IMG/VR virus record: IMGVR_UViG_3300019487_000029
Coordinates: 1,621-65,620 of that record
DNA length: 64,000 nt
Strand: one strand, 5' to 3'
Origin: a virus
Lineage: Duplodnaviria; Caudoviricetes
Shown piece after piece: positions 28,637 through 39,131 of this stretch (within the stretch, counting starts at the first letter, position 1; every line of letters begins with the position of its first letter). A program made the translations under genes and the position numbers. The notes beneath the pieces are model-generated. The model ran no database searches and was not told where the DNA came from. It was given only the letters and a program-made list of their open reading frames with translations.

Positions 28637-31600
28637 ATGGCGATTTCTCTTAAAGAACAACTGACTCAGGTTCAACAACTGAATGAAGTTACGTACCATG
28701 TGCCTCTCTTCGACGACACTTATTATGGAAAGGCGGATCATTCCGAGGGTCGTAAAGCGGGAAGAAGCATGTTTTACGACTTCTATGCAATGGAATTCCT
28801 GTGGTCATTTCTTGGTAGTGGTCAGATTCCAAAAGCCGAGCGTGAAAAGCTTGTTGGATTGGATTTGGACGATCCCCGCCGAGACATCATCTTAAACAAG
28901 TCTCACCGTTTTCTTCCTCATGCCGCTGTCAAAACCATTGACAGCATGTACGAACAAGTTACCAATACTGTTGCCGAGAATTTGATTGGTTACGTTGAGC
29001 GGGCAGTTGTTCAAGAGTTTCAATACTTGGTAAGCATGTCAAATGGTTGGAAGGGATTTCGTCAAGAAATTATTTCCAAGTATAACAAAGCAAAGCAAAG
29101 CAACAGTCCATTTACCAAATCGGAGTTTGATTCTATTATCAAAAAGCACATCCCGGAAATGCAACCATATCCGGAGCTTGTGAAGCGTTTATTGAAGTAT
29201 TCCAAGTACTTCAGTGAAATGCATTCAATGGATGACAAAGACCCGTTTGATCTTACTCGTGATTTCTCCAAGAAGCCGAGAGATACAAAAGAACCAGAAG
29301 AATTTCCAAATGGTCCTGCACCCGAAGAACCTGCTAAACCAGAAGAGCCAGATGATACTGATTATGGTGCAGAAATTCCCGGACGTGAGTTCGGAAAGTA
29401 TGGTGGACCGGGACAACCCGAATATCCCGACAAACAAGATTGGTCGGGCATGTCTGCATTCAAAGATGCGGGCGATCTTCCACAAATTCCTGCCGATGAC
29501 GACGAGGATGAAGATGAAAAGGATAAGGGTGATGTAAAAGAACGTGTTGGTCGTCTTCTCAAAGAAGAGTACATCAACCCAAGCAAAATCAAAAAGGTAA
29601 GAGCCGCAATGGAGAAAGCGGGTATTACGCTTGATGACATTGAAAAGGCATATAATTTAATTCCGTGGGGTGGAGGTTATGGTGGACCTAAATGGGGTGC
29701 TGGTGCTGTTGCTCTGCTGAAACTGACGCACGCAAAGACAAAGCTTTCAACCGAAGATATGAATCATATCATTGATCATATCTATGACTTACAACACAAC
29801 ACTGGTTCTTTGTTAAACAAAGGACCGATGTTCATTGATGACACTGATCTTAATCGTCGTTACAAAATTACTGACGTGTCACGTTTCCTTCCGTTTGTAT
29901 CGCCGGTAATCAAGAACATGATTCTTCGTTACTACAGGTATCTTTCCAACGATCCTGCTAAAGCCGAATTGGAAGCCAACATGGAGACACTTACTAAGTC
30001 TCCAAAAGTTGCATTGACTCCTGAAGAAATCAAGAAGCTCACCGACCTTGGATTCAAGAGCATGAACGATAATTCTTACCGAGTTGGAATCAAGTTCAAG
30101 AACAAAAAAGGAGAGTCTGTTGGTGGAGTTTACTATCAATTTAGCAAAAACGAGGTAGGAAGCTTTGATAGCAAGGGACAATTTGTAAAGAAGCCCGAAA
30201 CAAATCCGCTGTATGTTGTTGCTGATAATCTCAAGGCAGATGTAAAAGCATTTCCTACATTTGAACAAGCGTTTTCTTATGTCAATGGCTATAAGAATGA
30301 CATGCAACCAAGTGGAAGTGTTGCTGATCCATACGCACCAACGCCGATGGTCAAGTCCGAGAAGGACATGTATATTGATGCTCATACAAAGATCAAACTT
30401 CCACCAGATAAGGAACAAAAACTTCTTGACATAAACATCGGATGGAGAACGAAAAGTGGAAGCAAGTATTACAAAGGATACTATGCCGCTGGACATCGCC
30501 TCTTGCTTTACGCTTTCAGTGATGGATCGTTTTTGATTACTCACAATAACACCACCGCATACAACACTTATCTCAGTTGGGATCAAGCATATGCGGCGGC
30601 AAAGTTGTATTTCCCGCAATTGCAAGAGTATCCTGAAAAGGCTCAGGCTCAGGCAGACATTTTGGCTGCACAAGGAAAGGCACCGGCTCCAACTACTTCC
30701 GCCGCTGGTCCGGGAGCACCCCCACTGTCCAATAAGGATTACTATCTTCCATCAAGTGATCTCGCCGAATTGACTGCTCTTGTTAATACCGAACTTCCTC
30801 AGTTTCAATACGACAAATATATCCTCGGAACAGCATCCGATGGTATGACTGTTATTTCCAAGGCAAAGTATCATAAGACTACGGTACTGTTTGCAGTAGG
30901 AAAGCACATGGATGCTTCCGGTAAGCCATACAAAGTAGCCCATCATTTGAATCATGGGAACAAAGAAGCTTGGCCATTCGGTTCATGGGCGGATACTTTG
31001 AAGTTCATCAAAACCAATTTGAAGGCATTGGTGAATACGGGTCTATCCAGTCCTACTCCTATTTCTATGCAAAAGGCGACGGTTACGCCAACTGCATATT
31101 CTCAGCCAAGTGGAAAATCGTTGCCTCCAAACTCTACTTCCAAGGCATCTTACTCTGTTCATACAGGAATCGCCAAAGCTCCGACGAGCACCATTCGTCT
31201 TACAAAAGAAGATGAAAATGGATTGATTGGTATAGGATTTGAACCACGTCTTGTTGGTGATGATGTTTGGTACATTCACAAGACCACAGGAGACACGGTA
31301 AAATTCTTCCCAAACAACCAAGCAAAAGTGTTGTTTACTAGCAAGGGAAGTGGAATGAAGGTTCCCGGAATCAATGGATCGATTGACAAGATTCTTGCTT
31401 GGTTGCCAACTAAGTACTCTGCAACCACCACCAAATCTCCAATTGATACTGGTGCATCTGTTGTTCCTCCATCGGCGGCTCTTGGTGGAACTCCAACCCC
31501 AAGTCCAGAACCGGGCATCAAGGCGGGAGTCATGTTTGAGAAGACCTTTACGGATGCAGGATTCATTTGGGATGACATGGGTAAGGATTATATTGACTAT

Positions 31601-31765
31601 CCTAACAAAATTCCCGGAGAAGCAGCTAACATTCTCAAGATTGCTCCCAACCGTTCTTCAACTCTGACTTTTGTGGATGGAACAAGTAGGAACTTTAAGG
31701 ATTTGGCTTCTCTCGTTTCCTACATCAAGACCGAGTATCCGGCTCAAAAAAAAGTAGTTCCTTAA
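28637..31765 (+). CDS. Large multidomain repeat protein (probable virion-internal), N-terminal part
   Basis: 1042 aa; TATTTAT promoter; repeated L..xGF modules. Confidence 0.8.
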   Translation: MAISLKEQLTQVQQLNEVTYHVPLFDDTYYGKADHSEGRKAGRSMFYDFYAMEFLWSFLGSGQIPKAEREKLVGLDLDDPRRDIILNKSHRFLPHAAVKTIDSMYEQVTNTVAENLIGYVERAVVQEFQYLVSMSNGWKGFRQEIISKYNKAKQSNSPFTKSEFDSIIKKHIPEMQPYPELVKRLLKYSKYFSEMHSMDDKDPFDLTRDFSKKPRDTKEPEEFPNGPAPEEPAKPEEPDDTDYGAEIPGREFGKYGGPGQPEYPDKQDWSGMSAFKDAGDLPQIPADDDEDEDEKDKGDVKERVGRLLKEEYINPSKIKKVRAAMEKAGITLDDIEKAYNLIPWGGGYGGPKWGAGAVALLKLTHAKTKLSTEDMNHIIDHIYDLQHNTGSLLNKGPMFIDDTDLNRRYKITDVSRFLPFVSPVIKNMILRYYRYLSNDPAKAELEANMETLTKSPKVALTPEEIKKLTDLGFKSMNDNSYRVGIKFKNKKGESVGGVYYQFSKNEVGSFDSKGQFVKKPETNPLYVVADNLKADVKAFPTFEQAFSYVNGYKNDMQPSGSVADPYAPTPMVKSEKDMYIDAHTKIKLPPDKEQKLLDINIGWRTKSGSKYYKGYYAAGHRLLLYAFSDGSFLITHNNTTAYNTYLSWDQAYAAAKLYFPQLQEYPEKAQAQADILAAQGKAPAPTTSAAGPGAPPLSNKDYYLPSSDLAELTALVNTELPQFQYDKYILGTASDGMTVISKAKYHKTTVLFAVGKHMDASGKPYKVAHHLNHGNKEAWPFGSWADTLKFIKTNLKALVNTGLSSPTPISMQKATVTPTAYSQPSGKSLPPNSTSKASYSVHTGIAKAPTSTIRLTKEDENGLIGIGFEPRLVGDDVWYIHKTTGDTVKFFPNNQAKVLFTSKGSGMKVPGINGSIDKILAWLPTKYSATTTKSPIDTGASVVPPSAALGGTPTPSPEPGIKAGVMFEKTFTDAGFIWDDMGKDYIDYPNKIPGEAANILKIAPNRSSTLTFVDGTSRNFKDLASLVSYIKTEYPAQKKVVP

Positions 31766-31803
31766 CTAACGCTTCTAAAGCCATCAAGGTATATCCTTCT
31801 TGG

Positions 31804-34800
31804 ATGCCTCCTAAGATGCTTGAACTCCTCGAAAAAGGACAGTACAAGTATTTTGGAGCCAATAACGGAAAAGCATATGGTTATAAAAATGCTGCGGGCG
31901 ATGAAATAGTCATTGATCCAGATACTAAGAAGTCCACGGTCAAAGACTCCAAAACTCCCGGATATTCCGAACCCTATGATACTCTTGAAGAAGTAATCCA
32001 ATATCTCCAAGAGAAATTTGGAAGTCTTCCTACTACAAACATTCATTTTGAAAAAGCTCTCCATAATGCAGGGTTTGGTGCGGGACATTCGTTACCCGAC
32101 AAAACTGTTCAATTCTTGAATAACAAGACGGGAGAGGCAGTTTACTATAGTCCAGATGGGAGTGTAAAATACGTTCAACCTAACGGGAACGACACCACCA
32201 AGACGACCAACTTCAAGAATCCCTATGATGCAACTAGCTTCTTCAATGGAGTAGCATTTGGAACCCCAAGTTCGGACATCATGACCAAGGATGAAGAAGA
32301 TGCAATCGCACAGATTGTGTCTTCGGTTTCGGGGCTGAAATTCAAGAAGGGATATTTGACGGAAGCCAAGAAGAAACCTCAGATTCAATACGTTTCCATT
32401 TCCGATGCCAAGGGAAAGCCTTTGTTTGCCGTTACCAAACGCCGTGGAAAGTATCGTATTTACAAAGTGATTGATAACACTTGGGATTTGGCATATGAAG
32501 ACGAACAATTTGGTGGAATCAAAGTCTATCTTCAAAGCGTTCTTCAATCTCATGTAGTCAATACAGATTCTCGTAAACTGACGGAAGAAGAAATGGATTG
32601 GGTGGAAGCATACGTAAAAACACGATTGCCATCTGATGATGTAAAGGTTATTAAACAAACAGATAACAGCGTAGCTGTCATGAATGAGGGTGGAGACATC
32701 TTCCGTGTAATGAAGGATAAGTCTGGTGGATATGTTGTTCGTTACAGTGTGAATGAATATCTACCGGGATATGGATGGAAATTTTCACTTGATAACTACA
32801 AGACATTCCCCGAACTTGCTGCGGGAGTAGAATCAAAGTTTGAGACATACACTCAGACTGTAAATGCAAAAGCCGACCCATCAACGACAGGAATTGTATT
32901 GCTTGACATTAAGCTCAAAGAGTACGGATTCAAATTTGCCGGACCAACAACGGATGGTGGAAATGGAACCAAAAACGACGGCAATGTCTATGATGATGCG
33001 AAGAAGAATAGGGTCATCTATTACTTCGATGGAAAATCCAACACATATGTCAACGATTCCCTTTCTTCAAAGTTCGGTGCTCATATTCAATTGGATGACG
33101 TTCATTCATTGATTGAGACACTGGATAGTTTGTTTGGAAAAGTCAATCCCAATACTCCTAAGAGAAAATCCATGTCAATATGGGCGGGATACCACCATCA
33201 ATTAGACGTTGCGGGATTTGTTGAAAAGCCAGATGCTAATGGAAATGTTGGATATATTCACGGAACATATTTCAGTTTCATGGTTTTTGAAAAGAAGGAT
33301 GGTGTAGCAGTTAGATGGTCAACTGAAAAGGGAATGAAAGAGTTCACAATGCCCGCAGATAAACTTTCCGAATTCTTGATGGTACTGGAGAAAGTATCCC
33401 CCGGAATGGATGGAGATTCTGTTGATAATCTTTTCAGCCGTCAAACCAAAAGCCGAGAGGACAAGGCATTTGACGACCTTTTGAATGAAGCTGCGGATTT
33501 GAATGGTGTGGGCGGATACCTTGAGATGGGTGCGGAGTTTGAAGCAAGCATCGGAAATAAAGGATTCTTGTGGAGTTCCGACTATACTTGTTATATCAAT
33601 GATGAAATTCAACAGGCACTTGTTATTCGCATCGTTACCAATCAAGTTGGAAATCAAATGTATCAATACATCTTGTTCTACCTAGATGCAAATACGATTA
33701 TGCAACAAGCAACTATCAATGCCAATGGAATCTTTTATAGTATTGGTAAGGATGGAACATACAATAAGCAAAAGAGAAGCCAAAAGTCCAAAGCTATTGT
33801 CGAACCTAGTGGGGAAACTTACAAGACGCATGATAATGCCGCCAATGCTTCGTTGGTAACTCTAAACGAGCACGATACAAAACTGATGGAGTACTGTGGG
33901 TTCAAATATACACCTTCGGAAAACAAGTACTATAAGAATCCACAAGGAAGCAGGATTAGTTTCTATGACACTGGCAAAGCTGAATTTTATGATGCAGAGT
34001 CGGGCGATGCAATACCATTTGACAACATCCCACACGCTCTCAAGTTCGCAGTAGCTAAGTACATTGGACAAACTGATCCAAACCCTGTAGGATATGGTTC
34101 TTCCTTGGAGAGCAAGTTGGCTCCGCTTGGCTTTGTGAAACAATCTCCTGTAACTTTGTCGGGATGGTTTGGAGTTTTGGTATCAGAAGTCTATTACAAC
34201 AAAGACACTGATCAAGTCATTCAGATAAGAAAGGGTGGAGATTCTTCTCTGTATGGGCATACAGAAGATAAGACGGCGTGGAAGCCTATACTGAATGATC
34301 GTCCAATTGGTGAGATTTTAGCATACCTGATTCAGAATCAATCAAAAAGTTCCAAAGATGATTCTCGTGGACCACTGACTGAATATGGACCCCAACTAAA
34401 GAAAAAGGGATTCCGATGGAATCCAGACTTGGCATCCTATGTTAAGAAATCCAAGGGAGGAGAACAAGAAAAAGTAGTAGTAACCGAAGAAGGATTGGAG
34501 TATTACTATGTAAATCCGAATGGAGAGACAAAAGTCTTTCAATCCACAAGTACTTCTGCGGTGATAAACATGATTACCGCAAACACTTTCAATAAGAACG
34601 TAGCTCGATTGCATGGATTGGGATATGTTCCGACCGATAAGCCAATAGGTCCGGGAAATAAGAAAGTAAAGACCAATGCAGATTTTTACAAGGCATCTAC
34701 CAAAGAAATCGTAGAATACTTCGTAAATGGGTCTGCCAAGTATGGTGCATTTGACAAGACCACGGGCAATTACATTCCATACATGACGTTTGACACCTTG

Positions 34801-35628
34801 GAAGATGCTGTTGATTATCTTTCACCATCGGGTTCCTTGACACATGAAGGAACGCCGGTGATGGCGTCTCCCAACATAGACGACAATCTTCAATTCACGT
34901 TCGGATTCAAGTGGAAAGGTGGAAATTATCACAAAGGAAACCAGAAAATCAATTTTGATAAGGGTGGATTGATTAACTATCATTATGTCGGAAACATGGG
35001 AGAAATGGTCACGTATTCGTCCAACTGGAAGACTGCCGATGGAATTGAGAATTTTATCAATCGCCTAGAACTCAACAATACCGGAAATCCTCCATTCAAG
35101 TACTCGGAGATGGGTAAAACTCCCGTTAGAGTAAAGGCTGTTATACCAGTTGATCATAACTTACAGGCTAAGTATGGATACAAGTGGGATGATTCGTCAA
35201 AGCAATATGTAAAGAAAACCGATGCATTAAATAGTATCATCTTCACAAGTAATGGAGCAATATACTACTATCCAACTGGAGGTTCGGGACAAAATCATAA
35301 GTTTGAAGATGTAGTTCAATTATTCAATATATTGGATAAAGAGCAGGGAACCCAGATAGAACCCGGAGTTGTTGAAGCCATAGCCAACAGACTTAAAGAA
35401 CATGGATTCGAGAAGACATTTGGTGATGCTTTACATGACAAGTTCAAGCACAAGTCCAATGGACAATGGATAGTCTTTAATAAGCAGGACGGAAAGTCGG
35501 CATTGTATAATGATGACAATCTTATCATATGGAACTATGATACTCCCGAAAAACTTATGAAGGAATTTCCAAAGAAATCGGTGAATGAGATCAATTACAA
35601 AAGCATGATGAAAATCATGCTTCAGTAA
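31804..35628 (+). CDS. Large repeat protein, likely -1 frameshift continuation of the previous ORF
   Basis: 1274 aa; same repeat module; frame open back to 31699. Confidence 0.8.
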   Translation: MPPKMLELLEKGQYKYFGANNGKAYGYKNAAGDEIVIDPDTKKSTVKDSKTPGYSEPYDTLEEVIQYLQEKFGSLPTTNIHFEKALHNAGFGAGHSLPDKTVQFLNNKTGEAVYYSPDGSVKYVQPNGNDTTKTTNFKNPYDATSFFNGVAFGTPSSDIMTKDEEDAIAQIVSSVSGLKFKKGYLTEAKKKPQIQYVSISDAKGKPLFAVTKRRGKYRIYKVIDNTWDLAYEDEQFGGIKVYLQSVLQSHVVNTDSRKLTEEEMDWVEAYVKTRLPSDDVKVIKQTDNSVAVMNEGGDIFRVMKDKSGGYVVRYSVNEYLPGYGWKFSLDNYKTFPELAAGVESKFETYTQTVNAKADPSTTGIVLLDIKLKEYGFKFAGPTTDGGNGTKNDGNVYDDAKKNRVIYYFDGKSNTYVNDSLSSKFGAHIQLDDVHSLIETLDSLFGKVNPNTPKRKSMSIWAGYHHQLDVAGFVEKPDANGNVGYIHGTYFSFMVFEKKDGVAVRWSTEKGMKEFTMPADKLSEFLMVLEKVSPGMDGDSVDNLFSRQTKSREDKAFDDLLNEAADLNGVGGYLEMGAEFEASIGNKGFLWSSDYTCYINDEIQQALVIRIVTNQVGNQMYQYILFYLDANTIMQQATINANGIFYSIGKDGTYNKQKRSQKSKAIVEPSGETYKTHDNAANASLVTLNEHDTKLMEYCGFKYTPSENKYYKNPQGSRISFYDTGKAEFYDAESGDAIPFDNIPHALKFAVAKYIGQTDPNPVGYGSSLESKLAPLGFVKQSPVTLSGWFGVLVSEVYYNKDTDQVIQIRKGGDSSLYGHTEDKTAWKPILNDRPIGEILAYLIQNQSKSSKDDSRGPLTEYGPQLKKKGFRWNPDLASYVKKSKGGEQEKVVVTEEGLEYYYVNPNGETKVFQSTSTSAVINMITANTFNKNVARLHGLGYVPTDKPIGPGNKKVKTNADFYKASTKEIVEYFVNGSAKYGAFDKTTGNYIPYMTFDTLEDAVDYLSPSGSLTHEGTPVMASPNIDDNLQFTFGFKWKGGNYHKGNQKINFDKGGLINYHYVGNMGEMVTYSSNWKTADGIENFINRLELNNTGNPPFKYSEMGKTPVRVKAVIPVDHNLQAKYGYKWDDSSKQYVKKTDALNSIIFTSNGAIYYYPTGGSGQNHKFEDVVQLFNILDKEQGTQIEPGVVEAIANRLKEHGFEKTFGDALHDKFKHKSNGQWIVFNKQDGKSALYNDDNLIIWNYDTPEKLMKEFPKKSVNEINYKSMMKIMLQ

Positions 35629-35629
35629 G

Positions 35630-37261
35630 TTAAGCCGTTGGTTGCTCTGCTTGTGGAGGAGCCGTAGGGTTCTGGAAATCTTTCAAGATGCGAACACGAT
35701 TGATTCTCGTTTGAGGACGATTGGTGTATTTGTTAATAGCCTCATATCCCACGATAGTTCCATCAATGATGTACTTTCCGTTCTCAGCGAATCCATCGGC
35801 ATTTGAAGAGAACCACAAAAAATCGTTTCCATAATCGTCTCGGAAAGAGATACGATAACCAATGCCAGAATCTCCATATCCAAAGGTTTGGGTCTTTTCG
35901 TATTCGGTAATCTTTTTGACGGTGACTTCCCATCCCCATTCCTTGCCACGGATAGCCTTTTTGATGGCTTTCTCGTCCATTCCCCCAGCCGCCAGCCGCT
36001 TGACTTCGGTTTCTTTAGCAACGTCACGAAGACGTTTCTTTTCAAGTGTTGCATCAAATTTGACGGGAGATGCAGGAAGTGCTGCCATTTGTTTTTCGGC
36101 ATCGGCTTTCTTTTCGGCGTCTCGTTTGTCTCGGATGAACAATTGAACAAGGGCAGCGTAGAACCCGAAGTGGTTTCCACGGAGATATTCTTGTCCCGAA
36201 ACCAGTTTTAGATTGTGAAAGAAGTCGGCGAAGTCTGGCTTCTCTTTCGCCATTGCGTCAAAGTCCTTGGTTTTTAGCCAAGCATGAAACTCTTCCATGA
36301 ATGCTTCAACCTTCTTGAGAAATTCTTCGTCGTGGTGTATTCTCCAGTAAACTGGATAGCGGTGTTCAGGATTTTTGACTTGAGGAGAGGGACGCATTTC
36401 TTCTAAGGCACGGTTTAGAGTAGATTGAGTAGTCTTCCCTATTTCCGCATCGGCGTTGGCTTGCTTTTTGGAAATATATGTTCCAGTGTAGAGATACGTG
36501 GCGAGCAAAAATTTCAACAGATGGTCAGTATCTTCATAATACTTTCCTCCCCCTCCACCCATTCCTCCTTCGGAGTCTTGATCCATTTCGCCCGCTTGGG
36601 AAATATCATCACGAAGATTCTCAATCATCTTTGTGTAGGCAACGAGACTCGCAATGGAGATACCGGGCATGAAACGTGCTAGGCAGTTGCGTCCGACAAT
36701 CAGTAAATCTCCTGCCTTCTTGGTCGGAAATCTCTTAGGGTCATCTTGCTCCATCTTGATGATGAAGGTGTCATTCCGGTCTCGGTTCGTATTGCAAACG
36801 TCGCAGCGTTGATTCATTGATTTGAACTCTGCGGGAAGGTTTGATACTGAGGAGTTGGGATTGGTGTAAACGAAATTTCCTTCGGGAGTATGCTCAAGGC
36901 GAGCAACAAACTCGTAACCTTCAACTTGAGGAGCTTTGCCCTCAATTCTCACGGTATATTCTTTGACGTTAACCCATGAATTGGGGTCGTCAAGAATCGC
37001 CTTATCTAACGCAAACACAACTGGTTGTGACATCTGCATCTTCTTGATGTCGGGGTGGATTTCCTTGACCATTTCCTCCTTTAAGATGCGGATTGCCATA
37101 GGAGGAACTTTGTATTTGGCAGCTTTCTTATTGAGAGCATCTACACGAGACTTCAAGAATGCAAGACCAACATCCCTAACTTTGAATTCCTCTGGCAAGT
37201 TAGCGTCCTTGGTTTCAAGGACAAGAACTTGTGGGCTGACGAGATCGAGCAGTTTTACCAT
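35630..37261 (-). CDS. Phage protein with Cys motif and C-terminal OB-fold-like domain
   Basis: CDVC..VGRNC; C-terminal ..FRDDYGNDFLWFSS..QTRINR. Confidence 0.7.
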   Translation of the reverse strand: MVKLLDLVSPQVLVLETKDANLPEEFKVRDVGLAFLKSRVDALNKKAAKYKVPPMAIRILKEEMVKEIHPDIKKMQMSQPVVFALDKAILDDPNSWVNVKEYTVRIEGKAPQVEGYEFVARLEHTPEGNFVYTNPNSSVSNLPAEFKSMNQRCDVCNTNRDRNDTFIIKMEQDDPKRFPTKKAGDLLIVGRNCLARFMPGISIASLVAYTKMIENLRDDISQAGEMDQDSEGGMGGGGGKYYEDTDHLLKFLLATYLYTGTYISKKQANADAEIGKTTQSTLNRALEEMRPSPQVKNPEHRYPVYWRIHHDEEFLKKVEAFMEEFHAWLKTKDFDAMAKEKPDFADFFHNLKLVSGQEYLRGNHFGFYAALVQLFIRDKRDAEKKADAEKQMAALPASPVKFDATLEKKRLRDVAKETEVKRLAAGGMDEKAIKKAIRGKEWGWEVTVKKITEYEKTQTFGYGDSGIGYRISFRDDYGNDFLWFSSNADGFAENGKYIIDGTIVGYEAINKYTNRPQTRINRVRILKDFQNPTAPPQAEQPTA

Positions 37262-37275
37262 ACTGGTATAAATAT

Positions 37276-37767
37276 CTACGGATTATCAAATCTTCGTATT
37301 TTGGAAAATGTAGCAATGGTTTGGCACAACGTCAAGAAACTTTTTTCGGAATGTTCTCGCTTCATTTGATTAACGTCCCAACAACACAATACAAAGTTGT
37401 CTTTCAAATATCCTTTGGAAGAATCTATTCGATCAATACTCATAAGGGTAGAATCTCCAGTTTTCCATGTCATCGAAACTCCACTATAATAACATCGTCC
37501 GTTTTGTTTTTCGTATTGTTGTATGACATCATATTGGTTTATTTCAAATGACAAATTTCTCTTTTTACCATTACTTTTTGCCGCATTACATAGAATTGCC
37601 GAACGCCGTTTATAAGAAGAGCTAGAGCGACGTTGATTTTCGATAATATCACATTTTTTACAACGTGAGGAATACACACCTGTTTTTTTAGCCATGTAAA
37701 AATTTGAGTGTGGTAATTCAGATAAACATCCAATACACGTTTTGGTAATTTTTAACTGTTGTGTCAT
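37276..37767 (-). CDS. HNH homing endonuclease
   Basis: GRCYYSG; SIDRIDSSKGY..NFVLCC. Confidence 0.85.
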   Translation of the reverse strand: MTQQLKITKTCIGCLSELPHSNFYMAKKTGVYSSRCKKCDIIENQRRSSSSYKRRSAILCNAAKSNGKKRNLSFEINQYDVIQQYEKQNGRCYYSGVSMTWKTGDSTLMSIDRIDSSKGYLKDNFVLCCWDVNQMKREHSEKSFLTLCQTIATFSKIRRFDNP

Positions 37768-37911
37768 AAAAATATGTATGTCATGTTTTTCTAAAAACAC
37801 ATATTATATTACAAAATGTTTTCATTTTTGTTTGGATAATAGCTATGTACGTTATGAACACACTTGTCAACTATTTTGTTAACAGACAACACATACACAG
37901 AAAGGTCACAT

Positions 37912-38808
37912 ATGAGTGCAATCCTCGAAGAAGGCATTGGTTTTGGTGGAAATGACAACCAAGACAATTCCAAAACATCCCCCGATAAGAAAGTCCAGAC
38001 TAATTCCATTCTCAATGGAATCAAAGAGGAACGACCCAATGCTCTTCAAAATGCTAAAGAAGCTTTGGAAAAATCTTTCCCACGGGCTTGTAAAGTTATT
38101 ACTGATTCAACCGAGTCAAAAGTTCAAGAATTAGTTACACCTAAAGAACCCTATGTCAAATCTCAAGTTGTTCTTGAAACCGAAAAACTAATCACCACGT
38201 TCCGCAAGAAAATGGCGGACTATCCAAAGCACATGTCGTATGAAGGTTCGATGGTGCTTTGTGTATTGCTTTCCATGAAGAGGGTCGCCGCAGTAAGTAT
38301 GCGAAACATTCCCTCCGTGGACCAAACCTTGATTCGTAGTCTTCTTCCCAAAGATGCCGAAGTATCAAGCTTTGATGTCAAATTTGATGATGCAAAAGAT
38401 TTTGTCCTTATCTTCAATCCTACCACAAGCAACAATCTCACATTGACTTTGTTCAATACCGTTGCTCATCCCCGCCCAGAAGACTTGGTTGTCAATGCCG
38501 ACGTTCAGGTTGAGAGTCAAGGCGATAATATCGCTGTTGGAGGCGGGAAAATCAAAATGAATCGTAAGACGATTCAACGCCTGTTTGGAAACGAAACACC
38601 CGAACCAGACCGAGAAGAACGAGAAGAGACTCCGAAAAAGCCAGTTGCTACGAATCGAAATGCATATGAAATTCGTGCCGACGTTCTTCAAATGGCAATT
38701 GATTGGGCAAAGGTTGAAGACTCCAGTGGCGATTACAAGAAACCCACCGAAGAACAGTTATTGAGTCTCGCAAGAAAGTTTTACTCGTTTGTCGAAAACA
38801 GACGGTAA
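37912..38808 (+). CDS. Hypothetical protein
   Basis: Long ORF; C-terminal NAYEIRADVL..ARKFYSFVE segment. Confidence 0.7.
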   Translation: MSAILEEGIGFGGNDNQDNSKTSPDKKVQTNSILNGIKEERPNALQNAKEALEKSFPRACKVITDSTESKVQELVTPKEPYVKSQVVLETEKLITTFRKKMADYPKHMSYEGSMVLCVLLSMKRVAAVSMRNIPSVDQTLIRSLLPKDAEVSSFDVKFDDAKDFVLIFNPTTSNNLTLTLFNTVAHPRPEDLVVNADVQVESQGDNIAVGGGKIKMNRKTIQRLFGNETPEPDREEREETPKKPVATNRNAYEIRADVLQMAIDWAKVEDSSGDYKKPTEEQLLSLARKFYSFVENRR

Positions 38809-38811
38809 GTT

Positions 38812-39108
38812 ATGCCAACGCCCGAACAACTGCGAGAATGGCATTCTGCGTTCAGTGCAATTGAACGTGTGGATGATTATCGTAAATTGAAGGAGCACTT
38901 CCATTCGGTCTGTGCTCAGATTGACCGACTAAATGAAGAAATCCCTCTCTTCAAACGACCAACCAATCCTCGTCAAGATGTTCAGCAATGGCAAGAGAAG
39001 CACAATCTCAGTATGCTTATTAAACAAAAATCTCGGCTTGAAAAACAGCTAAGTTTGATGGAAGAGCAGATCAAAATAGAGATTGAAGCTTCAAAAAAAG
39101 AGTTATAA
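38812..39108 (+). CDS. Coiled-coil hypothetical protein
   Basis: ORF in operon. Confidence 0.6.
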   Translation: MPTPEQLREWHSAFSAIERVDDYRKLKEHFHSVCAQIDRLNEEIPLFKRPTNPRQDVQQWQEKHNLSMLIKQKSRLEKQLSLMEEQIKIEIEASKKEL

Positions 39109-39131
39109 CTAACCCTTAACACACACAGCAT

